A DNA stretch of 64,000 nt from a virus. The stretch spans positions 1 through 64,000 of the IMG/VR virus record IMGVR_UViG_3300050821_003647; one strand, given 5' to 3'. A program made the position numbers and the translations under genes. Under the pieces are notes generated by a model that was not told where the DNA came from, did no database searches, and was given only the letters and a program-made list of their open reading frames with translations. This document shows positions 1 through 8,205 of this stretch, one piece after another (position 1 is the first letter of the stretch; each line of letters begins with the position of its first letter).

Positions 1-2
1 AT

Positions 3-1670
3 ATCCTCCCTAGGCTTGATCTTGCCAGTGTATGTTCTGGTGTGTTAGGCGTAGTGCATGATAAGAGCGTGATTTCCAAAGTGATCAATATGCGACGCAA
101 AGACGTTATATGGCAAACTGACTTGTGGAAACTATATTGTGATTACGCCAATGCCGATAACGAACGATCCAGAGATATATTCAAGGTATTGCTCCCGGAG
201 TTCCCCCACTCTGAACGCAAACTGATGGACCTTGTAATCCGCGCGGCGGTTCAGCCTAGGTTTATGTTAGACAAGCCACATCTGGAGAAGCATCTCTCCA
301 GCGTGCGCGGGCAGAAAGTGAAACTTCTAGAAGCATGCGGTGCTAAATTTACTGTATTTCAAGCAGGAATTAATTATCCATTACCTACACCTGAAGAAGT
401 AAAATCCGAAGTGAAGCGTATTGGGTTAATGTCCAATGTTGGTTTCCAGACAACATTGGAGAACCTTGGCGTAGAGGTGGCAATGAAGCCCGGTGCTAAT
501 GGGCTAATTCCCGCTTTCGCCAAGACTGACCAGTTCATGAAGGACCTTCAAGAGCACTGGGACACTAAGGTACAAGCGCTCGCGTGTGCGCGCCTGGGGA
601 TAAAAAGTACGATCGAGGAAACTCGCACGGAGCGATTGATTAAAATCGCTTCTCTTTCATGGGACCGTTACCGCGACGGTAATCCGCGACTTTATTCGGG
701 CGGTGAAATGCCTGTGCCTCTACGCTATTCCGGTGCCCACACGCATCGTTTAAGCGGCGACTGGAAGCTTAACATGCAGAACATGCCGCGCGGCATGCCC
801 GGTAAGCCCCCTATGTTGCGTAAGTCACTTATCGCACCGCCTGGACACGTAGTAATCGCAGGCGATCTTTCACAGATTGAAGCTAGGCTAGTGGCATGGT
901 TGGCCGGTGCCAAGGACCTACTTGCTGAATTTGCCAAGGTTGGGGGTGACCCATATAGCGCATTCGCCTCACTAATTTTTGGTATTCCTATTGACCGTAA
1001 AAAGAACAAGGGGCATGCTATTCACGGTTTCATAGGTAAAACAGGCGTGCTAGGTTTAGGATACCAATGTGGCGACGAAAAATTTTACAACATGGTGTTG
1101 ATGCTAGCGCGCATCTTAGGGATTGACCTTTCGACCGTAGTGGCGTGGACACCAGAACTTGCACACCGTACAGTGCGTACTTATCGCACCCGGTACTGGC
1201 AAATTCCACAATTGTGGAACCGGTTACAATCTGCCACTAGTGCAATCTGGTCAAATCCGCAGGCAGCTAACACGAAAATAAATATTGGTCCTATTACGAT
1301 TACCTATGCTGAGATTGAGGGGCCTAACGGGCTCTCAATGAAATACAAAAATCCACGACTTGACAATGGTGAATATATCTACAATTACGGGTGGGGCACT
1401 TACAAGATGTACGGCGGCAAGATGTTGGAGAATATAATCCAATTCCTTGCGCGCATCATTATCATGAACGCAGCGCTAAGGCTTAACGATCTAGGGTATA
1501 GGTTCTGTCTTCAAGCCCACGATGAGCTAGTGTTCATTGTCCCCATAGCTGATGAAGCCAATGCGAAGGCGATCATATATAAAGAGTTGACAAGAAAGCC
1601 TTCTTGGGGTAGCGATATTCCATTGGAGGCCGAGGTGAAATCTGGACCTACTTACGGAGATTGTAAGTGA
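3..1670 (+). CDS. DNA polymerase, family A (polymerase domain; 5' end outside window)
   Basis: Reading frame is open from nt 3, with no stop before the listed GTG at 42. Motif A DLSQIEARL, motif B KTGVLGLGYQCG, motif C QAHDELVF. Confidence 0.9.
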   Translation: MLPRLDLASVCSGVLGVVHDKSVISKVINMRRKDVIWQTDLWKLYCDYANADNERSRDIFKVLLPEFPHSERKLMDLVIRAAVQPRFMLDKPHLEKHLSSVRGQKVKLLEACGAKFTVFQAGINYPLPTPEEVKSEVKRIGLMSNVGFQTTLENLGVEVAMKPGANGLIPAFAKTDQFMKDLQEHWDTKVQALACARLGIKSTIEETRTERLIKIASLSWDRYRDGNPRLYSGGEMPVPLRYSGAHTHRLSGDWKLNMQNMPRGMPGKPPMLRKSLIAPPGHVVIAGDLSQIEARLVAWLAGAKDLLAEFAKVGGDPYSAFASLIFGIPIDRKKNKGHAIHGFIGKTGVLGLGYQCGDEKFYNMVLMLARILGIDLSTVVAWTPELAHRTVRTYRTRYWQIPQLWNRLQSATSAIWSNPQAANTKINIGPITITYAEIEGPNGLSMKYKNPRLDNGEYIYNYGWGTYKMYGGKMLENIIQFLARIIIMNAALRLNDLGYRFCLQAHDELVFIVPIADEANAKAIIYKELTRKPSWGSDIPLEAEVKSGPTYGDCK

Positions 1671-1814
1671 ATAATCCTGGACAAGTATTCGTGGTTATAC
1701 TTTGTGTGCTTGAAGCAGGAGCCACTATGTGGTATGTATGGGATGGGGATTGGCGACGTGCTATTTATTGGGCTGCTGCAACTGCTATCTCTATCGTAGT
1801 GACATGGTGACAAC

Positions 1815-2270
1815 ATGGACAAAGAAGTTATATATCTGATTGGTAGCCTGCGTAATCCTGCAATTCGTGAGTTTGCAGAGGAACTACGTTCTCATGGTTT
1901 TGAGGTATTCGAAGATTGGCACGCGGCGGGAGAACGGGCCGATGATATCTGGCAGGAGTACGAACAAGAACGAGGGCATACATATTTGGAAGCATTGCAA
2001 GGGTGGCATGCCAAGATGGTATTCGATTTTGACTACACACATTTATCCAGGGCAGGGCTTGCAGTGCTAATGTTACCTGCTGGAAAATCATCACATCTTG
2101 AGCTAGGTTTTATGCTGGGCCGCGGCAAGCGGGGATATATTCTACTGGACAAAGAGCCTGAAAGATGGGATGTTATGGTCAAGTTCGCTACTGGGATTTT
2201 CACTGACAAGCATAAGCTTATAGAGGAATTGAAAAATCCCGGTAAGCAATGGGTAGGAGAATGCTCATGA
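1815..2270 (+). CDS. nucleoside 2-deoxyribosyltransferase-like (Rcl/DNPH1-type) protein
   Basis: 151 aa. N-terminal IYLIGSLRN Rossmann-like start and SSHLELGF acidic catalytic context typical of the NDT superfamily. Confidence 0.65.
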   Translation: MDKEVIYLIGSLRNPAIREFAEELRSHGFEVFEDWHAAGERADDIWQEYEQERGHTYLEALQGWHAKMVFDFDYTHLSRAGLAVLMLPAGKSSHLELGFMLGRGKRGYILLDKEPERWDVMVKFATGIFTDKHKLIEELKNPGKQWVGECS

Positions 2271-2605
2271 GGATATATCTTTCTGGACCAATGAGCGGTT
2301 ATCCTGAGGATAATTTTCCAGCTTTTTACAAAGCTGCTGCTGAGCTACGTGCCGCGGGGCATGAAGTATATAATCCTCCTGAAGACACTGATAAGGTGTT
2401 GTCAGATGCTGGAATTCCCATTACCCTACGTGCATGTCTTAGTAAAGACCTTTCATGGATTTGTGATCATGCTGAAGGTATAGCACTTATGCTAGGATGG
2501 GAACGGTCTAAAGGTGCCAATGCTGAAAATGCTACCGCGATCGCCCTTGGACTTAAGCGCATGTTCCAGGATATCGAAGGAAAATGGGTGGGGATTGGAC
2601 AATGA
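2267..2605 (+). CDS. DUF4406-type deoxyribosyltransferase-like protein
   Basis: MRIYLSGPMSG..NFPAF N-terminus. The ATG at 2267 forms an ATGA overlap with the previous stop, and GGAG lies upstream. The listed upstream start at 2249 is less likely. Confidence 0.65.
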   Translation: MRIYLSGPMSGYPEDNFPAFYKAAAELRAAGHEVYNPPEDTDKVLSDAGIPITLRACLSKDLSWICDHAEGIALMLGWERSKGANAENATAIALGLKRMFQDIEGKWVGIGQ

Positions 2606-3156
2606 GCAGTGTAATGAAAGAAAGCCATGCAATTACGTCTGCGAAAAGTCTCAAACCAACTAATCCAAAGGACGCTCTAGGCATCAAAAAGGTGCCTATG
2701 AGCACTATCCCTGCGCCTGTGATGGCAGAACTAGGTGTTGCCATGCTTGAGGGGGCAATGAAATATGGTCGCCATAATTACCGTGTTATTGGTGTACGTG
2801 GCAGTGTGTATTACGATGCCGTCATGCGACATATGCTGTCTTGGTGGGAAGGTGAAAATTTGGACCCGGATAGCGGACTTAATCACATCACTAAAGCCAT
2901 TGCATCTTTGGTGGTTCTCCGCGATAGTATGCAGCGTGGGAATTGGGTTGATGATCGGCCACCGGCTTCACCTGATGGGTGGGTAAACCAATTCAACGAA
3001 CGTGTGCAGGGGTTGATCGAGAAATATCCCGAACCGGTGAGGCCATATACTCATGAAGGACAAACCTCTAAGCCAGCAGACCCTAGCGGAAATGTCCAAA
3101 GGAAAAGCGAGAGTGTTCTACCACACTCACTCCCAGGAAATCACCCGGTTGCGTGA
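2602..3156 (+). CDS. all-alpha NTP pyrophosphohydrolase (MazG-like, dATP/dGTP diphosphohydrolase type)
   Basis: LEGAMKYGRHNY and helical WWEGENLD..LNHITKAIASL motifs. ATGA coupling at 2602-2605. The C-terminal ~35 aa look disordered. Confidence 0.6.
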   Translation: MSSVMKESHAITSAKSLKPTNPKDALGIKKVPMSTIPAPVMAELGVAMLEGAMKYGRHNYRVIGVRGSVYYDAVMRHMLSWWEGENLDPDSGLNHITKAIASLVVLRDSMQRGNWVDDRPPASPDGWVNQFNERVQGLIEKYPEPVRPYTHEGQTSKPADPSGNVQRKSESVLPHSLPGNHPVA

Positions 3157-3349
3157 AGCCGGGTTGGAATGCGATCCAGATACACCCGAACTGTTGGCAT
3201 TCCACGTAGAGGTTGCCCGGGCTTCAGGTGTCCTACCTGAAAAAGGTAGGTATAATTGCGGATGCTGTGGGAAGACACATGCATATGGCGAACGCTGCCC
3301 AATCACCCTTCGAAGCGTTGCTCACTTGGCAACCAACCAATCAGAATGA
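3053..3349 (+). CDS. hypothetical protein with CGCCGKTHAYGERC cysteine cluster
   Basis: ATG preceded by GGTGAGG. Overlaps the 3' 104 nt of the previous ORF in another frame. Confidence 0.35.
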   Translation: MKDKPLSQQTLAEMSKGKARVFYHTHSQEITRLREAGLECDPDTPELLAFHVEVARASGVLPEKGRYNCGCCGKTHAYGERCPITLRSVAHLATNQSE

Positions 3350-3575
3350 AGAGGTCCCTGATCGAAACCAGCGCGCTAATACCATAAAACGTTGGTTATG
3401 GGATTATGACATAGAGGTAGGAAATTACGCTTCTACGCAGGTAATTACCGTGACGGTAGCAGACACAACGCTAGTTGAACGTGTGGAAGAATTTCCAAGT
3501 GTGGAGATGTATGTGAAACTAGCTTTTGCAATTAACGGAGGTATCGCTGAAAAGCGCAATAGGTTTTCATGGTGA
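3213..3575 (+). CDS. hypothetical protein
   Basis: ORF only. True ATG candidates lie at 3279 and 3285. Confidence 0.4.
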   Translation: MPGLQVSYLKKVGIIADAVGRHMHMANAAQSPFEALLTWQPTNQNEEVPDRNQRANTIKRWLWDYDIEVGNYASTQVITVTVADTTLVERVEEFPSVEMYVKLAFAINGGIAEKRNRFSW

Positions 3576-3637
3576 TCTTTATATAGGTGATGATGACTTT
3601 CTTGTGTGGAACGGAATAGAGTGGAGTAGACTTCGAA

Positions 3638-4330
3638 ATGGGTAAATTCAACTGGTCATATAGCAAGCTTGACGGTTTCGAGACTTGCGCCAAGAGGTAT
3701 TATAACTATTCGGCTGCTCCATATGAGCAGCGAGTAAAAGATACTGACACAGACAATATCAAGTGGGGGAATGAGGTTCACGATGCCATGAGGGACGCCA
3801 TAAAGGGTGGTAAACCGCTTCCCGAGTATATGGTGCCATACCAGCCGTGGGTAGATAGGGTTCTCGCCGGTCCCGGTGAACTATTTGTGGAGCAGAAATA
3901 TGGGCTTACCAATGACTTCTCCCCCTGTCCTTATTTTGCTCCTAATTTTTGGTATCGTGGTATTGCGGATGTTGTGCGTCTTGACCCTCCTGTTGGTCTT
4001 GCGATTGACTGGAAAACCGGTAAACCTAAAGAAGGATCAGTACAGCTTGGCCTTATGGCGCTATGTCTATTCCAACATTATCCGCGGCTCACGGTCGTAA
4101 GGACAGAATACGTATGGTTAAATGAAGACCCAAATAGTCCAGAGGCGACAACTATGGAGGTATTTCGCCGCAGTGAGATGCCCGAGTTCGTAGCAAAGCT
4201 GCTTCCTCGCGTGCAGAAACTGCAATGGGCACATGAGACAAGTACATTCCCGCCAACTCCTGGCGGTCTTTGTGTTAGGTACTGCAAGGTGGTAAGTTGT
4301 CCATACCATGGGAAAGGAACCAAAACATGA
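3638..4330 (+). CDS. PD-(D/E)XK nuclease, Cas4/RecB-like with 4-Cys cluster
   Basis: N-terminal Cys (FETCAKRYY) plus C-terminal CVRYCKVVSC triad, and a D..DWK nuclease core (IADV..AIDWKTGK). Confidence 0.8.
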   Translation: MGKFNWSYSKLDGFETCAKRYYNYSAAPYEQRVKDTDTDNIKWGNEVHDAMRDAIKGGKPLPEYMVPYQPWVDRVLAGPGELFVEQKYGLTNDFSPCPYFAPNFWYRGIADVVRLDPPVGLAIDWKTGKPKEGSVQLGLMALCLFQHYPRLTVVRTEYVWLNEDPNSPEATTMEVFRRSEMPEFVAKLLPRVQKLQWAHETSTFPPTPGGLCVRYCKVVSCPYHGKGTKT

Positions 4331-4719
4331 GCCCCCAAAGCAAAGCCCAAGTGTTCGAGCAATACGTGCGGAAAAATTGGAAAAATAATCCGGCGCCAGA
4401 CTGGCGTGGCATGGCAATCATGGCATGTGGAGCAGGTGGCGAGACCGGTGAATACCTGGAACATTTCAAAAAGGTGATCCGAGACTATCAAGGTAACTTT
4501 GATCTCTACCCAGCGGAAAAGCATCATGCTGCCCTGTTAGAGTTTGGTGATGCGCTACATTACATGGTGCGTATCATGCAGTATTTCGGTTTTACGCTTG
4601 AAGAAGTAATGGAAGCTAATATGGTCAAGCTTAATAAGCGATATGCCAATACTGACAAAAGTGGTATCGCTCGAAACGAAGCACCTACTCACATGGTAGT
4701 TAGGGGAGTTCCGCAATGA
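4327..4719 (+). CDS. MazG-like nucleotide pyrophosphohydrolase
   Basis: GETGEYLEHFKK and LEFGDALHYMV EXXE/EXXD helices. ATGA overlap with the upstream stop at 4327-4330. Confidence 0.8.
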   Translation: MSPQSKAQVFEQYVRKNWKNNPAPDWRGMAIMACGAGGETGEYLEHFKKVIRDYQGNFDLYPAEKHHAALLEFGDALHYMVRIMQYFGFTLEEVMEANMVKLNKRYANTDKSGIARNEAPTHMVVRGVPQ

Positions 4720-5030
4720 CCCCCGAAGGGAAAATCAAAAAGAAATTCAGCGCTGGGCTGAAAGAGTTACAAGAGCGCTATGGCAAGCTTATTATCCGCA
4801 TGCCTGTTTCTCGTGGTATGGGAAAGCCGCTTCTTGATTATCTACTTTGTGCTAATGGGCATTTTGTATTGGTGGAAGCTAAACGTAATGCTGAGCATAA
4901 ACTTACCCCCCAGCAAAGGGTAACAAAAAGTGAATTTGAAGGTGCTGGAGGGTATGTGTGGATTGTATACGATGACCGATCAATCCAACAAGTTTTGGGC
5001 ATGATAGAAAGCCTTCTATGCCAGCAGTAA
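4716..5030 (+). CDS. VRR-NUC domain nuclease
   Basis: LLDYLLCANGHFVLVEAKRN..LTPQQ pattern (D..E.K core). ATGA coupling. Confidence 0.8.
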   Translation: MTPEGKIKKKFSAGLKELQERYGKLIIRMPVSRGMGKPLLDYLLCANGHFVLVEAKRNAEHKLTPQQRVTKSEFEGAGGYVWIVYDDRSIQQVLGMIESLLCQQ

Positions 5031-6577
5031 TCGTCTCCAAACCTAATCAAGCGCTCGCGGTCCCACGTACCAAGGGTATGATAGGCTTATTCCCTGATGG
5101 GAAGCCGTTGGAAAATCTATGGGTGATCAAACATGGGCTGGCAGAATATACTCTTCTTAGGCGTCTTGGTTTTGATCTCCCTAATCCCATTATTTGTTAT
5201 TACGATTGGGCGGGTGGTACACCATTTCTGACCCAAAAGGTAACAGGGTCGCTTCTTACAGCTAACCCGAGAGCTTATGTGCTCAATGATATGGGCACCG
5301 GCAAGACCCGAGGCGCGCTATGGTCATGGGATTATCTTCGCGGTAACGGATATTGCGGGAAACTTTTGGTAGTTTGTAAATTGTCGAACACTGATCTGGT
5401 GTGGGGCAAGGAAGCCTTTGGAGCGATACCGCATCACAAAGCCGTGGTATTAACCGGTTCAAAGAAAAAGCGCCTGGAACGTCTCAATGATCCCGAGGCT
5501 GAGATTTTCATCGTCAATCATGATGGTGTGAAGGTACTCTATGAAGACCTTAAACAGCGCAAAGATATCGATGTGCTATGTATCGACGAACTTGCCACAT
5601 TCCGTAATCCTAATCCTCGCTCCAAGTTGATGGTCAATCTTGCGCAACCGATGAAATTTGTATGGGGTATGACTGGAAGCCCAATGCCCAACGATCCTGT
5701 GGACGTGTGGATGCAGTGTAAGATCATAACCCCACATACTGTCCCCCGCTGGCGCTCTCACGCCCGCGACATACTTATGACGAAACGTGGAGAGTATTTA
5801 TGGGTTCCCAAGGAAGGTGCCATCGAGAAAGCATACTCTTGGATGCAGCCTGCTGTTAGGTTCACTATGGATGACGTGCAGGAACTACCTGAGCGCGTGG
5901 AGCGTTATATAGACGTGCCACTTAGCCAAGAGCAGAGTGACACTTACACCAAAATCAAGAATGACTTTCTTGCCACTATGGACAATGGGCAGAAGATCAA
6001 TGCAGTGAATGCTGCCGCTGCAATGATTAAGTTGTTACAGGTCTCAGGCGGCTACGTGTACGATGACCAGAAAAATGTCGTGAAGCTTGAGTGTGACGGT
6101 CGCAAACAGATACTGCGCGATCTTGTTACATCTGCCAGTCACAAGGTTTTGGTGTTCTGTCCGTTCCGGCACATGGTAGAAGGGTTGTCTGAATTGTTTG
6201 GTGGTGAGGACCCTATCGAACATGCTGTTGTGCACGGGGATGTACATGAAAAAGAACGTAATCAGATATTCCAGGATTTTCAGGATACGCCTAAATACAA
6301 GATGATCCTGGCGCATCCCGGATGTATGGCACACGGTCTAACACTTACAGCCGCAGATACTATAATTTGGTACTGTCCTATGGCGTCTTTGGAGCTATAC
6401 GAGCAAGCGAATGCAAGAATTCACAGGGTAAGTCAAGTTCACCGTCATCAGATTATCCATCTGCAAGCTACACCAGTAGAGCGAAAACTTTATGCTTTAC
6501 TTAGGCGTAAGGCCAAGGTACAAGGTGAGTTATTGAGTTTGTTCGCGGATGCAACTGCACAGGCACAGGGAGCGTGA
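5018..6577 (+). CDS. SNF2-family DEAD/H helicase
   Basis: DMGTGKT Walker A, CIDELATFRN DExx box, C-terminal helicase motifs (HPGCMAHGLTL, QANARIHRVSQ). Confidence 0.9.
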   Translation: MPAVIVSKPNQALAVPRTKGMIGLFPDGKPLENLWVIKHGLAEYTLLRRLGFDLPNPIICYYDWAGGTPFLTQKVTGSLLTANPRAYVLNDMGTGKTRGALWSWDYLRGNGYCGKLLVVCKLSNTDLVWGKEAFGAIPHHKAVVLTGSKKKRLERLNDPEAEIFIVNHDGVKVLYEDLKQRKDIDVLCIDELATFRNPNPRSKLMVNLAQPMKFVWGMTGSPMPNDPVDVWMQCKIITPHTVPRWRSHARDILMTKRGEYLWVPKEGAIEKAYSWMQPAVRFTMDDVQELPERVERYIDVPLSQEQSDTYTKIKNDFLATMDNGQKINAVNAAAAMIKLLQVSGGYVYDDQKNVVKLECDGRKQILRDLVTSASHKVLVFCPFRHMVEGLSELFGGEDPIEHAVVHGDVHEKERNQIFQDFQDTPKYKMILAHPGCMAHGLTLTAADTIIWYCPMASLELYEQANARIHRVSQVHRHQIIHLQATPVERKLYALLRRKAKVQGELLSLFADATAQAQGA

Positions 6578-6580
6578 CCA

Positions 6581-7012
6581 ATGGCAGAACCGACAGAAGA
6601 GGGAGTAGTCGCGAAGCGTACAGCACAGTACCTCGCGATCAAAGCAAAGCTGAAAGAGATGGACGACGAAAACGAGAAGAATAAAAAGCCCCTACAGGAA
6701 ATTAAGGAACTTTTGGAAGGGTACTTTGAACAAGTTCTAACGCAAACAGGTGTTAAGACACTTGTGTCAAAGACTGGTACAGTTCACTGGAACCACAGAC
6801 ACTCATGCCCACTAGAAGACCCACAAGCGTTCATGGATTTCGTCATCAAGTACAATCAGTTTGACTTGCTAGACCGGCGTGCTAATCCCACGGCTGTACG
6901 AGCCTACTGCAAAGAACATGGCGTCATCCCGCCCGGCGCCAACCCTAAGACCATACGTACTATTGGGGCGCGGGTACCGGGCGCTAAAGCCAAAGCAGGA
7001 GAAGACGAATGA
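6581..7012 (+). CDS. hypothetical coiled-coil replication-module protein
   Basis: ORF with a charged coiled-coil N-terminus. ATGA coupling to the next gene. Confidence 0.6.
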   Translation: MAEPTEEGVVAKRTAQYLAIKAKLKEMDDENEKNKKPLQEIKELLEGYFEQVLTQTGVKTLVSKTGTVHWNHRHSCPLEDPQAFMDFVIKYNQFDLLDRRANPTAVRAYCKEHGVIPPGANPKTIRTIGARVPGAKAKAGEDE

Positions 7013-8199
7013 CACAGCAACTTGCAAATACCGGTGGAGTGCCTGACTGGGCAAATAGCCGACCGCCCGAAGGCTTTGAAAGCCTGTCACCTGAGGAAAG
7101 CTTGGGCGAAGGCATTGGCTCTAGTTATCCAATCATCGGGTATAAGGGTAAAATCTGGTCAATCCGGCACCAAGGGAACAACCACATCCTTGTGCGGCCT
7201 GACGATGGCTCGCCTATGAGCTATATCGACGTGGTGATCCTTCGGTCGCCCAAGGTAAAGGCCAAGTCGTATTATCCGGATGGGTTCGAAGAGAACGCAT
7301 CTTCGGGAAAGCGTCCGACTTGCGCATCTATCGACGGTGTGAAGCCTGATCCGGATGTGATCCAGCAGCAGTCACCGTTGTGTGCAACTTGCAAACACAA
7401 CGAGTTTTACACTGACCAGAATGGCCGCAAGACCCGAGACTGCTCCGACTACAAGCGGCTGGCTGTGCTCGTCATGCCTAACCAAACGGTGCGCCTGTTC
7501 GGTACGCCGCTTATGGAGCCGGCATTCTTGCGGGTGCCACCTGCGTCACTACAGAAGCTACTCACGTTTGGTGACAACATGGCGAAGCAGGGGTGGCCTT
7601 ACTCGTCATTCATCACTAGGATTTCGTTCGATCCGCAGAAATCCCATCCCGAGTTCGACTTCAAGGCCCTTCAGGCGCTGACCCCGAAGGAAGCCCCAGT
7701 GATCATTCAGATGCGTGAGGATATGGCTTCCAAGCGTATCACCGGGGAAGACGAGATTGCCCGACGTGAGCGTGTTGCTCTCGCGGCTCCAGGAACGGGT
7801 GGCGCCGGTCAAGGAACTGCTCCGGCGTTGCCGGCACAGTCTCCAGCCCCCGTCCAGCAGGGTAGTGCTGGAGGGGTTCCAACAGTAGGCACACAAGCGC
7901 GGATAACGCCGCCTACCGTTGCACCCCCTCAGGCGGTGGCGACGCCTGAACCAAATCCCGGTCTCGATGCATTCACGGCGGGTGCTCCTGTTACCGCGAA
8001 GGTAACGGTCCCGGCCAATACGGTGGTGGACCTTCAGCCTAACGCTCAAGGTGCATTCTCGATTGAGGTTCCTGTCGAGCCCAATCCAAATCCGCAGCCC
8101 GGTGCAATGGTTGGACAAACAGCCGCGGACGTTGGAGCGAGCGCAGTGGACGATCCAGATTTGGATAAAAAGATCGCTGCTATGCTCGCAACCCAGTAA
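7009..8199 (+). CDS. hypothetical replication-module protein (Cys cluster, P/A-rich C-terminal tail)
   Basis: ORF with CASIDG..CATCKHNEF..RDCSDYK cysteines. Carries the ESLGEGIG motif shared with the primase. Confidence 0.65.
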   Translation: MTQQLANTGGVPDWANSRPPEGFESLSPEESLGEGIGSSYPIIGYKGKIWSIRHQGNNHILVRPDDGSPMSYIDVVILRSPKVKAKSYYPDGFEENASSGKRPTCASIDGVKPDPDVIQQQSPLCATCKHNEFYTDQNGRKTRDCSDYKRLAVLVMPNQTVRLFGTPLMEPAFLRVPPASLQKLLTFGDNMAKQGWPYSSFITRISFDPQKSHPEFDFKALQALTPKEAPVIIQMREDMASKRITGEDEIARRERVALAAPGTGGAGQGTAPALPAQSPAPVQQGSAGGVPTVGTQARITPPTVAPPQAVATPEPNPGLDAFTAGAPVTAKVTVPANTVVDLQPNAQGAFSIEVPVEPNPNPQPGAMVGQTAADVGASAVDDPDLDKKIAAMLATQ

Positions 8200-8205
8200 G
8201 GCGTA

